In this document: positions 1 to 13,100 of the stretch, piece after piece | Position numbering within the stretch: position 1 is the first letter of the stretch | How the letters are laid out: every line of letters starts with the position of its first letter | Source of the DNA: Perna viridis | Taxonomy: Eukaryota | Assembly: GCA_037379345.1 (NCBI GenBank) | Contig: CM074517.1 | Coordinates: forward strand, 21,638,001-21,702,000 | Length of the DNA: 64,000 nucleotides | Reading direction: 5' to 3' | Position numbers and translations under genes: made by a program | Notes under the pieces: generated by a model | The model's input: only the letters and a program-made list of their open reading frames with translations | The model's database searches: none | What the model was told of the DNA's origin: nothing

Positions 1-1632
1 AAAAGCAAATATGTTGTAGAATATTTTAACAAATTAAAAATAATATTATGCTTTACAAACCAACACAAAATAGACATCATGTGAAGAGCCTGGGGTGAAT
101 ATTTACCATATTGTCTGGACTACAAGTCGATGTGGAGCATAAGTCGAATTGCCTAGTTCTGACCAAAATCGACGAAAAATACAGATAAGTTTAATTTGGC
201 AGATAAGTCGAGGGTCAAATGTGTGCATTTTTTTAGTAGGTTTCAGCAGAGGTTGAGCAGTTTGTTTTCAACAGCATATTGTTGCAGCGATGTTTTTATG
301 TATAATATTTCTGAAATAAATTATAATTTGTGTTTTTGTTAAAGTGTACTTTGTGAGTTAAATTAGTTTTATTTAATGGTGTATCAATGGCTCTGAAGCC
401 TTAGGTCATCAGGTGTACATTGAGCATGGGCATCCAAGCATGAAAAAAGTGGGAAATTTATTTGATGAATTGGTTATAATTATGAGCAGTAATTAATAAA
501 CAATATTACCTGGTATTAGCAAATACAATAAAAAATTATTGTTACCTGCAAATTTGGTTTCAATTACCCGGTAGCCATTTAGATAACACGTTTACTTAAT
601 ATAATATGTGCGAATTTGTTACAACATACGGCAAATGGGTACAAATTTGCATATTAAAGGACCGATAATTCCAGAACACTCGAAATTGTCTTTCCAGTTA
701 AAAAAGAGTTTTGTAAGCGTATCTTCTAGAGTTTGTTTATATATTTTAATGGTTTCAAAGTTTCAAAGTTTTTATTAACATTGTCATATTCATTCATAAA
801 GGATAGCAGCAATGATTAATAATATTCGAATTCATTCGCCAGTTAGACTGTTAGAGTGACGACTCGTAGTCCAGAAAATAAAGTAATGCTTGTTTTCGTA
901 CATCTATTTCAAATAAAATGCAGTTTCATTGATATCTTTTTCTTTACTTTCTTTTTCAGAAAAAAGATTCACTGACAAGTATAGAATAAAATTGACAATA
1001 TCCTTATAATAGATGGCCTCTAAAACTCCTCATTTGCCAATTTTCATTAGACCTTTACAGCTTTAGCTAGAATGACTTGATTTTGATTACATTAATTTTT
1101 TGTCAGTTGTTTAGTTCATACATGTATATTACTGTCAAATTGAATACTTTTAGGGGTTCTGTTGACAATTTTTTTACATACTACTACATGGTGACCAAGG
1201 AATGATTACCTCCCTTTTCAATGTAAAAAAAGCATGTTCAACACCAGGAATGTCTATGAGCCAAATAAAAGAAGACACACATAAAGGACATACTTTTGAA
1301 ATCTTCTTTTTACACCCTAGCTGCTAATAAAAACATCTACAAATATGTAAAAAAAATTAATTCACAATATGCATGCACTTAAAATACCAGTAAAAGTTTG
1401 GTTATGGTGTATATTCATTACTTGTTCAGAGTTACAACCCTTTTATTATTTGAAAATTAGAAATGTGTTGTAATCTTTGTTCTGTAGATCATTTGGCTCT
1501 TGTGTGTTCTGCCATTAGTGTAATAAATAATAAGTAGTGCATGTGCTGTAAACAAGGGAGAAAAATCAGATTTTGTTTGTCTAAATTTTGACAGTGAATT
1601 TATACATAATACTAATGAAGTATAGCAATTTG

Positions 1633-2212
1633 GGGCATCATCGTTTTGCACCAAATGTATATAAAATCGTAGTTAAATTGCGCCAAATTTTTTTTCCATG
1701 TAGTCCTTTTCCACCAGAAAAAGACTACCTTTTGTGCCTTTTGTGCCAAATACAAATAAGGAAATTGAATATTAAAAAGTTAAAAATGTAAAATAAAACT
1801 ATCATGAAATAAAGAAAATGAGTTAAAAATGAATGCTATACTAAAATAACTTTTTAGAACATTAACTCCGCCAGGGAAAGCTGTCACTCCCGAGCCCGGA
1901 AAAAGGAGGAGGGTCTATATTTACATTTTTAAACTAAAATGAAAGCCTTATATTTCTTATATTTTCATAAATTATGCTTACCAAATAGACGAACAACCAG
2001 TTATAAAGAGATTTTTTTAAAAATTGTGAATAGCATACAATAACAACACCACGCATCTAATGTAGCACTAAAACAACATCAAATATAAATTTATTTGTAT
2101 TCTGATGCAACAAGATCATTAATTCATTGGCGCAATTTAACTACGAAAATCAAAAAATAAACTGGCGCGAAAGGAGTACTGGCGAAAGTTGTGGCGCAAA
2201 AGGAAAAAGCCC
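1633..2212. mobile_element. Non-autonomous DNA transposon (MITE-like)
   Basis: GGGC...GCCC termini flanked by GCAATTTG/GCAATTTT (7/8 match, probable TSD). Perfect 20-bp internal inverted repeat TCGTAGTTAAATTGCGCCAA (1667-1686) / TTGGCGCAATTTAACTACGA (2127-2146). Confidence 0.65.
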
Positions 2213-3515
2213 GCAATTTTGTACTAACATGGTTTTGTATTATTTTGTATGACAAAATGACAAATTTTGAAAGCTATTTTCATTTTTTTTTCATTATATC
2301 TAAAATATTTATATCATGTGCATTAGCTGTATATTAATTTCTTGAATAAAAGGAGAAAAATTCAATAGGGTCTATATTTCCTAAATTTACTATATATTTT
2401 TTTTATTTAGTGGCTTCATTTGAATATGTATTTTTTTGTGCTATGTACTAATTTGTTGCCTCACTTTTATGATGGTATAGTGTAAGTTGCTGAAAATATT
2501 ATTTAACTAACAACCAGAGGTGAAGGTTATAATCATATCATACAATACTTATGAGCTGATATATTAAATAACATATCTATGGTGATATTAAAAATTAGAT
2601 TGGAAAAAGTAAAAAGTAAAATACTAGTTAATAGACATTTTTCATATTCCTGACTTTGACTTTGTTTTTTGGTTTCTTTTTTTCAAATTTGAGTAAAGGG
2701 AAGCAATATATCTCCAACCAAACAGATTGATTACTGTCTGATTGGAGCAAAGGACAGCAGTAGACTTCAACTTCAAATTCAAATATTTGTCTTCTTGTAT
2801 TTTCTGTAAGTACTTGGATACTTTTCTATAATAACTTATTTCAAACCATTAAGCTGCTTATCAAAGTGTAAATAATCTTAGTTTCAAAGAAAACTTTAAA
2901 TAAATTAAAAATCTTTTGACAGGCATGATGCTAGCACTGAATGTTATCTTGGGTTTGTAGATTTATTTTTTAATACATTGCACTACTTCAATCTTTTAAT
3001 TAGTTGCATTTTTTTATTTTTCATATGTATAGCAAGTATATGAGTTTTGTTTTTTTTATGGTTCCAAGTGCAATTTCTTTTTCCAGCTAGTTTTTGGATA
3101 TAATTATGACAATTTCCAACTTAAGAAATATAAGCACATTGTATATTTTGTTTTATTTTAATCAGTGTAAAAAGTGTATTTAAGCTCAAATATATTTTTT
3201 CATTAAACTCTCAAGCTGTGGTTATTTATTTTCAAATTCATTTATATATATATTTTTTTTTATTTTTTTGAGTTAGCAAAACCCATCATTTGGATAGTGT
3301 AATTTTGACTATTTGCACCATCAGAATCAAGGAAAAACAACAATATTTTCCATATCATTTTGGAAAATTGAGTTACAATTTCATTGAAATGCACTGAAAG
3401 TGAACATTTCAAGGGCAGATAACTGTCAAAAACCTAATTTGTCTTACAGTCTATTGAAAAATTTCTGAGCAAAGCCAGTGATGCAGAGATCAAATAATGT
3501 TTTTTTTTCAAATAG

Positions 3516-3641
3516 AGAAAGAATCCTTGAGTGATATTACAGTGTCAGATCGGTGGGTTTTTGACATGCATGTTTCTGATTCTTCACATTTTGCCCGATT
3601 CTTACCAACACTTAAGAATGCTAGCATTGAAGAAGTATCAG
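3516..3641 (+). CDS. Candidate internal coding exon of an unidentified gene (126 bp, phase 1-1)
   Basis: TTTTTTTTTCAAATAG acceptor, open frame (E)KESLSDITVSDRWVFDMHVSDSSHFARFLPTLKNASIEEVS, then CAG|GTATAT donor. More GC-rich than the flanks. Protein not recognised. Confidence 0.4.
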
Positions 3642-4796
3642 GTATATTTTGGGTGTTTTTGTATGAATATTCATATTTTTGTTAATGAAGTATCAAAATT
3701 GTATCAATATGATATATTATATTTTGTTTATTAAATACTTTTATGTATGTTTTGTTTGAACTTATTTTTTATTATCTATTTTCAGAATTTTCTCTTTGGT
3801 ATACAGTGAATTTAGAAATTACTGCCATTAGGTCATAATGATGATGAAACTTTCGTATTAATGTTCATTTCGATCATGTGAAAAAGATTAACACATGTAA
3901 TGTGAGTGTTAAAAAGCAATCATAATTCAGACACGTTTCCATTTTTTAAAAACATTGGAGTAATTTCTGTGTGTGTATGGAATGTCTTGAGAGTATGCCC
4001 TTCTCACCATTAAAGTAATGCTTTTCTGAATGCCAATTATAGAAATATGACTGCCATTGCCAACTGATCAGTAATCTACGTATACATGTACCTGAATATT
4101 CATTACGAATCTCCAAGATGTATTGCTGTACCAGGTGTAACAAATTACTGTCCTTTAAAAAAATAGGTGATGCTTGTTCTTGACAATCATACAAATCTAT
4201 ACTGACGGCAACTTGACAGTGATACAATATTTGGTTTTAGAGCTGGAACATCTCTTATTTCTTATCAGTGAAAAATCAGTAATTTCAATTTGATAAAACC
4301 TTTACACGTGGTACTAATTAACCTAAAGTATTTAGTTTTAGCAGTCAGTATCATAATGTCATAATGCCCGGTGTACGAATTTAGAGTTACACCCCCTTAT
4401 TAAAAGGCCGGATCCGGTAAAATAGCTTATTTCATATCACGGATCCGGCAAAATAGCTTATATAATGTTATTTTGGCTATTTTGCCGTCAATATTTAACA
4501 AAAATACTAGACTTCATACTTACAAAACGTAAACGTGGTTATAAAACTGGAGATGTGATGTAGAATGAATTTTTGTAAAAAATCATAAAATTTTGAATGA
4601 AAAGCAATAAAAAATTTATGCATAAATTAAAGTATAATAGGAATTCTAATCATTAGATTTTCTGTCATAAAAATGGTTAAATGCGATGAAATTTTGCATA
4701 AACATTTCTAAAATTTTACACATAAAGTAAAATATTCAAAAATTGACACAGATTTCTATACATAAAAATATAATTTTTTAATAAGTTGAAATTAAG

Positions 4797-5005
4797 ATTG
4801 AATGATTGATTGATGGGGTTTAACGCCCGGGCATCAATATTTCAGCTATATCCAGGCGATGAACATAAAATGAATGATAAAATGAACATTAAAATATAAT
4901 GAAATGAAAAAGGGATGGGACGCAAGTATAATGTGGTCGACAAATTTTGATTGCCACTAGAAATGAGGAGAAATGGGAAGAGTCAGACAATTTAGCTTCC
5001 TATGG
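4797..5005 (-). mobile_element. SINE-like 3' fragment with (CAAT)n tail
   Basis: Reverse complement aligns with 9646-9838 (AGTGGCAATCAAAATTTGTCGACC ... ATATAGCTGAAATATTG ... CAATCAATC). The tail resembles mollusc SINE 3' ends. Confidence 0.7.
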
Positions 5006-5082
5006 TCAGTTTATCGTATTATGGTCTAACGACTCCCTGCATGTAACATAACAGGGGTACCCCATTCCACCACGGGGTGGTC

Positions 5083-5796
5083 AAAGAGTAATCAAGGGAA
5101 CCAAGGTAATCAAAAGAATGTAATACAGGGACAAAGACCAGACATGGAAAACAGACATATACACCAAAGAACATAAAGTAACTAAAAGCATACATACAAA
5201 GCAACAAAAGCAAATGAGCAACTCGGACTCCACGAAAAACTGGGAGCATGGACCAGGTGCACCGGTAGGGTAAGCGTCCTCTGCTTCTCTAGAAACACCC
5301 GCCAAGTTGCTCATAAAAAAGTCAAGTACGGGGTAGACGAAAGAGGAAAGGAAATCTATGACACGTTGAACAAATAAGTTTTCTTGGCGCAGATGGATAC
5401 ACCGTAAAGATCCACGAGTTCATGATGACGACTCCTGTAGTGATGACTTCAATCTTGTTGCAACATAACCTTGTTCCAGAAGCCTATTTGTTAGAGTTCT
5501 AGCGCGATACAAAAAGTCTGCGTAGTTTCGGCAAGCTCTGGCATAACGTATGAGTTGTGATATGAACACTCCATACGAAGGTGCTGAAGGGATGTTGCCA
5601 CAGATGAAAGGAAAGTTGACAATTCTGAACGAAAAGTCATCAAGTTTGTCGTAAAGTTTGGTCAATAGTTTTCCTTTACCATCGATTTATAAGTGTAGGT
5701 CAAGACATGAGACTGACTTCACAGTGTCTGTAGTATCCTTTATCTCAAATTCTTTGGGGGTAGATGTGATGTATCAAATCCGCAAAATTGGGATTG
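5083..5796 (-). mobile_element. Decayed Penelope-like retroelement fragment (RT C-terminal region plus 3' sequence)
   Basis: Minus-strand translation NPNFADLIHHIYP/KEFEIKDTTDTVKSVSCLDLHL*IDGKGKLLTKLYDKLDDFSFRIVNFPFICGNIPSAPSYGVFISQLIRYARAC, which I recognise as a Penelope-like RT C-terminus. One frameshift (G run near 5756-5760) and one stop (near 5689). Confidence 0.75.
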
Positions 5797-5863
5797 ATTA
5801 AATTATATTAATTTGATCCTCTATCCTACATAATAACACCTAGATGAACTGTCTCGTACTATA

Positions 5864-6020
5864 GTCTAGCTGGCCGAGTGGTCTAGGGCGCTGGATTTAG
5901 TGCAGGCGGTGTTGTCATAGATGTCACAGCGGTACGAGTTCGAGTCCTGCGGAGGGAATGACCAAAAAGTTTCTTCGCAAATTTGACAGTTCTTACATCG
6001 TTGGGAATTTTTCAGACCCT
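5864..6020 (+). mobile_element. tRNA(Leu)-derived SINE head, not a functional tRNA
   Basis: A box TGGCCGAGTGG (5871-5881) followed by TCTAGGGCGCTGGATTTAG, like the tRNA-Leu 5' half. B box GTTCGAGTCC (5938-5947). Anticodon and acceptor stems do not close. Confidence 0.6.
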
Positions 6021-6444
6021 TCCATAAGTTTACGTTATCTTCCCTGTATCAATTTGATCCGATGGAGCAGTGTAGCGAATAGAGTCGTCACATTCTGATT
6101 GGTATATTGAGTACTTATATATATCGTCAGTAGGAAGCTTGTATATACAATTTTTAAACAATACACAATATATTAATAGTATATCATCATTTTTCAATAT
6201 TTTTAAAGAGGTCCGGCAAAATGGCCACTGCCTTATTAAAACGCATTCGTGATCAAGCCGTGTCAATGTAAACATGCAGAAACACGATTTACATGGCGTT
6301 CTGAAAAAAAAATCGAGGATATGGTTTCTCAATGAAATAAACATAAAATTGTTGATAAACTGGTCAATATTGTGATATTTAGACTGCCCACAGGGCAGCG
6401 GTATTGACCAAGACTGTGATAATGACCGAGCCGTAAAAAACACT

Positions 6445-6512
6445 GAAAACTGGGATCCTGGACCATATGCATCAGTAGGGTAAGCATCCTCTACTTTTCT
6501 AGAAACGCCAGC
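6445..6512 (-). repeat. Short copy of the 3' region of the Penelope-like element
   Basis: Aligns with about 5235-5302 (GAAAACTGGGA..TGGACCA..TGCA.C.GTAGGGTAAGC.TCCTCT.CTT.TCTAGAAAC). Confidence 0.7.
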
Positions 6513-7577
6513 ACATATATTTGGTATATATGTTTTGCCATTATAAGTTACAGAACAAGCTATAATTGTGTTTTTGTTGGCTAATTTTATGCCATAACCC
6601 TTAAGCTTAGAAAAATAAAATAATGCAAAAAATGCAGCCGACCACTCTTTTTTTCAACATGCTAATTCCTCGCAATTAGGTGTATTGCTTCACATTGACA
6701 AGTTACAAATTAAGTTCACGTTTTGCTCTGGTTCGCTAATAATTTGCTGAGTAACGTATACGGTCATTGAACTTAAAAACTATTTCAAGAACTAAGTTTT
6801 CGCACCTTTCCGATCATGCTTACATATCATCATTCGATATTTGGTACTTTGCTTTACCAATACAAGTTACAGATCAAGTTAAAATTTTGTTTCGGTTCGT
6901 GAATTTTGTGCAGAGCTGTGTATACAGTTTGAATTTTTGTGTCCATTTTTGCCCAAACTGCTTGCGATCGGTATTAATATGCCATTTTGGGCGTATCAAG
7001 CTGCGTCCTGCGAAACATTGTGTTACAAATTTTCTGAAAATTGAAACTTTTTTGTCTCACATCTAGTAAAACCGAATATGTTCACATTTTAATTGCAGTA
7101 TTCAGCTAGATTTATTTATTACATACAACTATAAAAAGATTTTTGGGGGGAGATCCTATATACATGTACAACTATAATCTTTTCTCCAAAATGATGTTCT
7201 AGTATAACTATTAAGTTATATTTTGAGACGAATCAGCAAAATCTTAGGCACTAGAGTCCAGGATGTTTTTTTTTTTAATTTTTATTTTGTTTCCAAAAAA
7301 AAAAAATCCAAAATTAATCGTTTTTAACCATTTTAAGCAAGTTCAGATGAAATTTTAAACATTTTTTGCAATTTTGACCCTTCTTTGACTTTTTTTTGAG
7401 GGTCAAAAATGCGAAAAAAAAATGCTAATGCTCTGAACAAAATACGACCGAATTCTTGTAAAGAGCTGTGGTGTTCTCTATATAAACGTTGATAATCAAA
7501 ATTTGTAATTAATGGTTGTTAAACTGTTACAGCATGCAAATGCATTTTTCATTATTTATCTATTAAAACTATATTGA

Positions 7578-7671
7578 TTTAGTTGCTCGTTTACTTTTGT
7601 TACTTTGTATGTATTATTTTGGTTATTTTATGTTCTTTGTTGTGTTTGTCTGTTTTCCATGTGTGGTCTTT
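7578..7671 (+). repeat. Inverted short copy of the 3' region of the Penelope-like element
   Basis: Similar to the reverse complement of about 5132-5224 (AGTTGCTC.TTT.CTTTTGTT.CTTTGTATGTAT...TTATGTTCTTTG...TGTCTGTTTTCCATGT.TGGTCTTT). Confidence 0.7.
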
Positions 7672-7794
7672 ATATAGATCAAAGGCCTCGCACGGGTCCG
7701 GGTGTCAAAAGAATAGGCCCGCAGCAGCAATAAGCTTTTATTAAAAGGTGACTAAATACTGCTCAGAACCCTAGTTAGGGCACTCTGCCCACAG

Positions 7795-9508
7795 AGCCAA
7801 AGTGGACAAAAATAAGTATTTTCTAATATTAAAAAATGATTTTTTAATAATATGATGAACGTAAAACCTTTTAACGCTCCCGAAGAAACATTAATAAAAA
7901 CAATTTTTTGTCAGCTCTTATTTGATGTGTTATACCTTCAAGTATGGTAATTTTTTAATTATATATATTTGCCCTTAAGCATTATACTAATTGTTATGGT
8001 CTGATATGTCTATTGGTCGAAATGTCCGGCATTCAGAAAAAATTATTGGTTTTCGTGGTCCGAAATGTCTTTGGGTCGAATTGTCCGGCACTGGTTAACA
8101 TTAAGGGTCTTAAAATTTGCGAAACGTCTTAAACGATTTCTGTTATTGTATTTAGTTTCGCTGCATTCTGTTTCTTTAGTACATTTTTATTATGTTTTTA
8201 TTACGATTTGATTCATTTTATCGTAATGTTTCGTTTCAATTCTTTCTTTTATCGATTATTTTCGTTTCGCAATTTGTATGACCCGAGAATTATGGGTAAT
8301 ATTGATGACGCAATTTTCGTAAACATCCGGGAGCAGACTATAAGGCCAACCCTATCTTGGAAAAAACTATGATTCGATTTGTATTTAATTATCGAAACTA
8401 ACAAATATTTTCCGAGACTGGTTTGGCGCTCAATTTCACATACACAAGTATACGCAAATGAAGCTGTCATTACGCTGTTTTTCAGCTCCTGAAAATGCAG
8501 GTACAAACCGGATGTTGATGCTTTTTTTCTTGCCATAAGTATACAGAACCAAGTTGATAATACAACCATAAACGCTCCCTTCGGGAGCGTATTACAAATT
8601 CATTTTCTAATATATCAAATTAGATTTTTAATATCACAGAACTCTTTTTTAATATTAAAAAAATGATTGAATTTCTAATATCAAAAAACGATTTTTTAAT
8701 ATTCGAAATTGATTTTCTAATATTAGAAAATGGACTTCTTGTATTCAATTATGATTCTTTAATAAAAGAAAATCATTTTGTAATATTAAAAAATGTGACT
8801 GATTTTGCAATATTGCAAAGTGATTTTCTGATATTACAAAGTCATTTTCTAATATTACAAATTCAATTTGTAATATTACAAAATGTCTGATGTTTTATAA
8901 TATTACTAAATCAGGAATTTGTAATATTAGAAAATGAATTTTTAAAATTACAAAATGAATTTATAATATTAAAAAACCTTTTCTAATATTACAAAATAAG
9001 TGTTTTCTAATATTAAAAAAATGATTTTTAATATTACAAATTCATTTTCTAATATATCAAATTAGATTTCTAATATCACAGAACTCTTTTTTAATATTAA
9101 AAAATTGACTTAATTTCTAATATTAAAAAGCGACTTTTTAATATAAGAAGTTCATTTTCTAATATTAGAAAATGGATTTGTCATATTCAATTACGATTTT
9201 TAATATTAGAAAATCATTTTGTAATATCAAAAAATATGACTGATTTTGCAATATTGCAAAGTGATTTTCTAATATTACAAATTCATTTTCTGATATTACA
9301 GATTCAATTTGTAATATAACAAAATGTCTAATGTTTTATAATATTACTAAATCAGGAATTTGTAATATTGAAAAAAAATGAATTTTTAATATTACAAAAT
9401 GAATTTCTAATATTAAAATTTTTTTTCTAATATTAAAAAAAATGATTTTGTAATATTACACATTCATTTTCTAATATTACAAAATATTGATTTTTGTCCA
9501 CTTTCGCT
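7795..9508. mobile_element. TIR-bounded non-autonomous DNA transposon with internal AT-rich tandem array and a nested insertion
   Basis: Left AGCCAAAGTGGACAAAAATAAGTATTTTCTAATATTAAAAAATGA versus reverse complement of the right end AGCGAAAGTGGACAAAAATCAATATTTTGTAATATTAGAAAATGA (about 45-bp imperfect TIR). Confidence 0.7.
8591..9485. repeat. AT-rich quasi-palindromic ~20-bp tandem array (TTTTCTAATATTACAAAATGAA-like) with a ~440-bp duplication
   Basis: Repeated TAATATTA cores. The block starting at 8591 recurs at 9033. Confidence 0.85.
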
Positions 9509-9645
9509 TGCCATATGCTGGGGTTGTCAGGCTATAATATGGAAAACCTGACCGCAAACCATAGTGGTGCAACGTGTTGGGAAAGATCCCACGTTCTTCC
9601 CACCCTTCTGTGGTATTCTATCGGAGTAGGAACCATTGCGCTCCG

Positions 9646-9838
9646 CCACAGGAGTCTAAATTGCCCGACCCTACCTCTCCCTATTTCCAGTGGCAATCAA
9701 AATTTGTCGACCCCAATACCCTTGTGTCCCTTCCCATATTTCATTTCATGTTCATTGTATCACCCATTTCATGTCCATCGCCTGAATATAGCTGAAATAT
9801 TGCTGCTCGGGCGTAAAACCCCAACAATCAATCAATCA
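9646..9838 (+). mobile_element. SINE-like 3' fragment with (CAAT)n tail, same family as 4797-5005
   Basis: Aligns directly to the reverse complement of 4797-5005. May extend further 5' to about 9520. Confidence 0.7.
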
Positions 9839-9984
9839 AATATAGATGAAAGACTACGAATAGGGGGTCAGATTTTTCATTGACTGATTCATTTACATTT
9901 TTTGGTTGGATAGTAGAGATACTCTTACGATGAACTTTACCAAGAGAGAGTGATACTTGCAGTACCATAAATAACCGATTTTAA

Positions 9985-10125
9985 ATAATTACTGGTGGTG
10001 ATTGCCCCTCCACCAATGTGTACAGGTGTATTTTTTAAATGTTAATGACGGTGATTCCCCCTTCACCCATATAGTACAGGTGTACCTTAACATAATTAGT
10101 GATGGTGATTCCCCTTCCACCCATA
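9985..10125. repeat. Minisatellite, about 2.5 copies of a ~55-bp unit
   Basis: GGTGATT(G/C)CCC(C)T(T)CCACC...GTACAGGTGTA repeated. Confidence 0.7.
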
Positions 10126-12239
10126 CAATGTGGTTGAAAACACTGGGAATCAGTTGAGAATTTTACATTCTGCATCGATACCATGGTAAGACGACTTTGT
10201 TCATGCACATGATTTGTTCGCTTCTCTCGAATTTAATTCTATGAAACTAGCTACATAGCGTTTGTAACTGGCACAAACTGGAACTAACTAGCGCATGATC
10301 CCAGCGCAAGGGCTAACTTCAAGATATGCATGTCAGGCTGCACAATTGATAGTTTGAACAAGCGTTTGTGGTCCTAGGAAATTAATGATTTGTGCTTTTA
10401 AAAACGACATGTCACTAATCAAGTATACTGTATGTACAACGTTGTTCTAGGTTGCACCCTATTTAGCGTTCACAGATTGGGAAAAAGTATTAGCGGCATT
10501 GCCCCCTCCCTCCCCAAAAAGAAACAACAACATTGTATTGGTGTAGCGGCAGAAGCGACAGCCATCACACTGATGATTTCAGTAGATACATTTGTACATG
10601 TCATGCTCAAAATTAATTTACGCTAAAAAATTAAGTTTTCAATATGGCATACATACTTTTTTTTCCATTTTTGCCAACCAACTGACTCATGGTACCTATA
10701 TTTGGTCGAGGTTATGCCTCTGCTTTTTTAGTCCCAGTGGCGGATCGGGGCTGTGGTTACGTTTTTTTTGTCGGAAATTTTTATCAATTTTGTGCAAAAA
10801 TATACAGGTTAAAATGAGCAAAACATAGCCTTGACCTTTAATTTTCTGAACTGGAAGACCACCATTCCTGAGGACTATCCCTCATTTTGTCTTTTAGTTA
10901 TTAGTTATAAAAGTGTAAGTTTGGAAAATGTCAAATTTAAAACTAGTTGTAAAAACGAAAATAAAAAAAAAGATTTGTTTGCGAAAGTTTAATATCGAAA
11001 TTAGATGCTGCAGTGCAATAAAAGAATTAGCTTGTTTTACATATCGTCCCATTTCCTTTGATTCGAAATAATGTATACTCATTTGGTAGTGTAAAGCAAT
11101 GTTTTAACTTATTGTTTTCAATAAACATTTTATCAACAGAAAGACTTTAACTCAAACTGGCTTTAAATTTTAGTAAAGTGACTTCTTTTATAAGGAAAAA
11201 TTAAATCACCAAAAATATAATATCAAAATTTAACTTTTATATGTAATTGTTTTTCAAATAATTGATATTAAAATCTGCTACTGAAAAATTATATGTCTTT
11301 TTATGTTTATCACGAAAAGGCCAAAATGATTTCAGGGGCATAAAACATTTAATTGGGATTCGAGACTTGTGGGTTTCAATTTTCATGTTATAAAAATGTA
11401 TTCCTTAGTAACAGTGTTTTTATCACCCGAAACGGGATATTAGTGATGATCTTGTTCTAAGACGAAAAAAAAAATTAGGTAGGCTAGTGAGTAATTTAAA
11501 TACCTCTCTAGCAATCGGAACTACTGGGCCATTTCCGTTACACTAAAATTTCTTCGGTGTAACTAGAAAGGCTGAGGAGTGACCTACATTATACCATTGT
11601 GTCCCTTTTAACTACTACAGAACACCGGTGTGATCTTTCGGACACTATCTTTTTAGTTTGAATAGCTGTCAATTATGTCAAGTAAATACTACTCACTGGG
11701 ACCATTTCAGTCGTTGTTAAATTTTCTATACAAGAACATTTTCAAGTTTATATTTTTGAGCATCTGTTACTGTAAACAAATGAAACGAATTAAAAATGAT
11801 ACTTTAGTATTTACAGCCATTTTACATAATCTTTTTTTAAACAGTTAATACTAAGAAGGTCCTTAGAAGGACTGATGTATGCATTTTTATTGCAAGTTGA
11901 AAACATGACCATTTTGCAAAAGTGTAATGAATGTTTGATATGATAGTCTAACGATCTGTTTACTTTTTTTTGCAGAACATTTTAGTTTTGGTTTCTGATT
12001 CTGATATTTAATTTCAGAGTTATGGGACTTTATCATATCTTTATGGGATTTTTTTTACATGTTACACTGTAACTCCATCATGGGAACGGATGCATTATGC
12101 GCTTATGGCGAAGCTGTTTATCAATTTTGATAACTTGAAGCGTATATTATAAAATTTTGTTTCTTACTCCTGCTCTCCAATTTAGAGATACAATCAATCA
12201 ATACAATATGATATTTAATATGATGTCATTATCTTTGGA

Positions 12240-12580
12240 CCCGCCTTGGTTGCCCCCTGGAAGCGTTCTTGCATCGGGCGTGGAAGGTTGTGGGTTTAAT
12301 AAAAACTGACATCCGCTTCTTCTCCTCTACGCCCATGACGTATAAGAATCAGACTGATTTTTGGTTAACTCGGAGACAGAGTAGTGTGTCTGAGAGGAGT
12401 ACTTTTTCATGTGTAGTAAATCACCTCTTTGTAGGCCGGTCGTTGCTAATTGATAGCACATTAAAAATCCGACTGGACATGTCGGTCTAGTGCAAGGCAG
12501 GGTCTCTTTGAATGGTAATCTATTCTCATCCTGAAATGTATGAAATATCTGCCATGAATGCCAAACTACAACCAACCGAT
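12240..12580 (+). mobile_element. Diverged mollusc-type SINE (Meta/MESC-like central domain)
   Basis: Motifs GCTTCTTCTCCTCTAC.C, TGGTTAACTCGGAGACAGAGTAGTGTGTCTGAG, TAGCACATTAAAAATCCGACT..ATGTCGGTCTAGTGCAAGGC and a CAAC-type tail resemble bivalve SINE consensus sequences from memory. Not searched. Confidence 0.55.
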
Positions 12581-12605
12581 CTTATCTCTTTATCATGTAG
12601 ACTTG

Positions 12606-13100
12606 TTTTATCCCGCTGGAAAAAGCGATCGTGGTGTCCATCCGTCCGTCCGTCCCTAGTTCTAATCTGCAACTCCTCTAAAATTCTCTGAATGTATTTT
12701 GATGAAACTTCTATTCTTTATTACATGATGCAATTGTGAACTCTTATTTTTTTCTTTATCTGATTGACTTTTCGGCTTCCCGATGTAAAACATGGACTTT
12801 GTCATTTGTCGACCCGGTGGTGGGGGGCACCTTCTAATCCGAACTTCTCTGAAAATGCTGAATAGAATTTGATGAAACTTTCCCAGATTCTTTGTAACAT
12901 GATGCTATTGTGCAGCTTATGGGGTTTTCTATGTGGTTTCTGTGGAGGGGAGCGGGGGCATCAGCAAACGTGCTTATTTACAGCTTTATTACATGATGTC
13001 ATTGTGCAGCTTCTAATTTTTTTTTTTTAAATCTGGATGTCTTGAAATCCCTTATGAGATTTACTATATAGGGTATGAGCTCAGAGTTTTTCTAGTTTAA
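12606..13100 (+). mobile_element. Non-autonomous Helentron/HINE (DINE-1/pearl-like) element
   Basis: 5' TTTTATCCCGC, a (TCCG)n microsatellite near 12638-12656, about two ~170-bp core repeats (TTTGATGAAACTT...ACATGATGC.ATTGTG), ending ...TTTCTAGTTT. Confidence 0.55.

Noticed and set aside
2690-2811. Possible exon ending at GTAAGT (2806)
   Set aside because: No clear acceptor or convincing reading frame.
4410-4462. 31-bp-spaced duplication GGATCCGG(T/C)AAAATAGCTTAT
   Set aside because: Only two copies, probably a transposon subterminal remnant; nothing further supportable.
5420-5665. Active reverse transcriptase gene
   Set aside because: Only a C-terminal fragment, with a stop and a frameshift.
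5864-5955. Functional tRNA-Leu gene
   Set aside because: Has A and B boxes and a tRNA-like D arm, but the anticodon and acceptor stems do not pair; better read as a SINE head.
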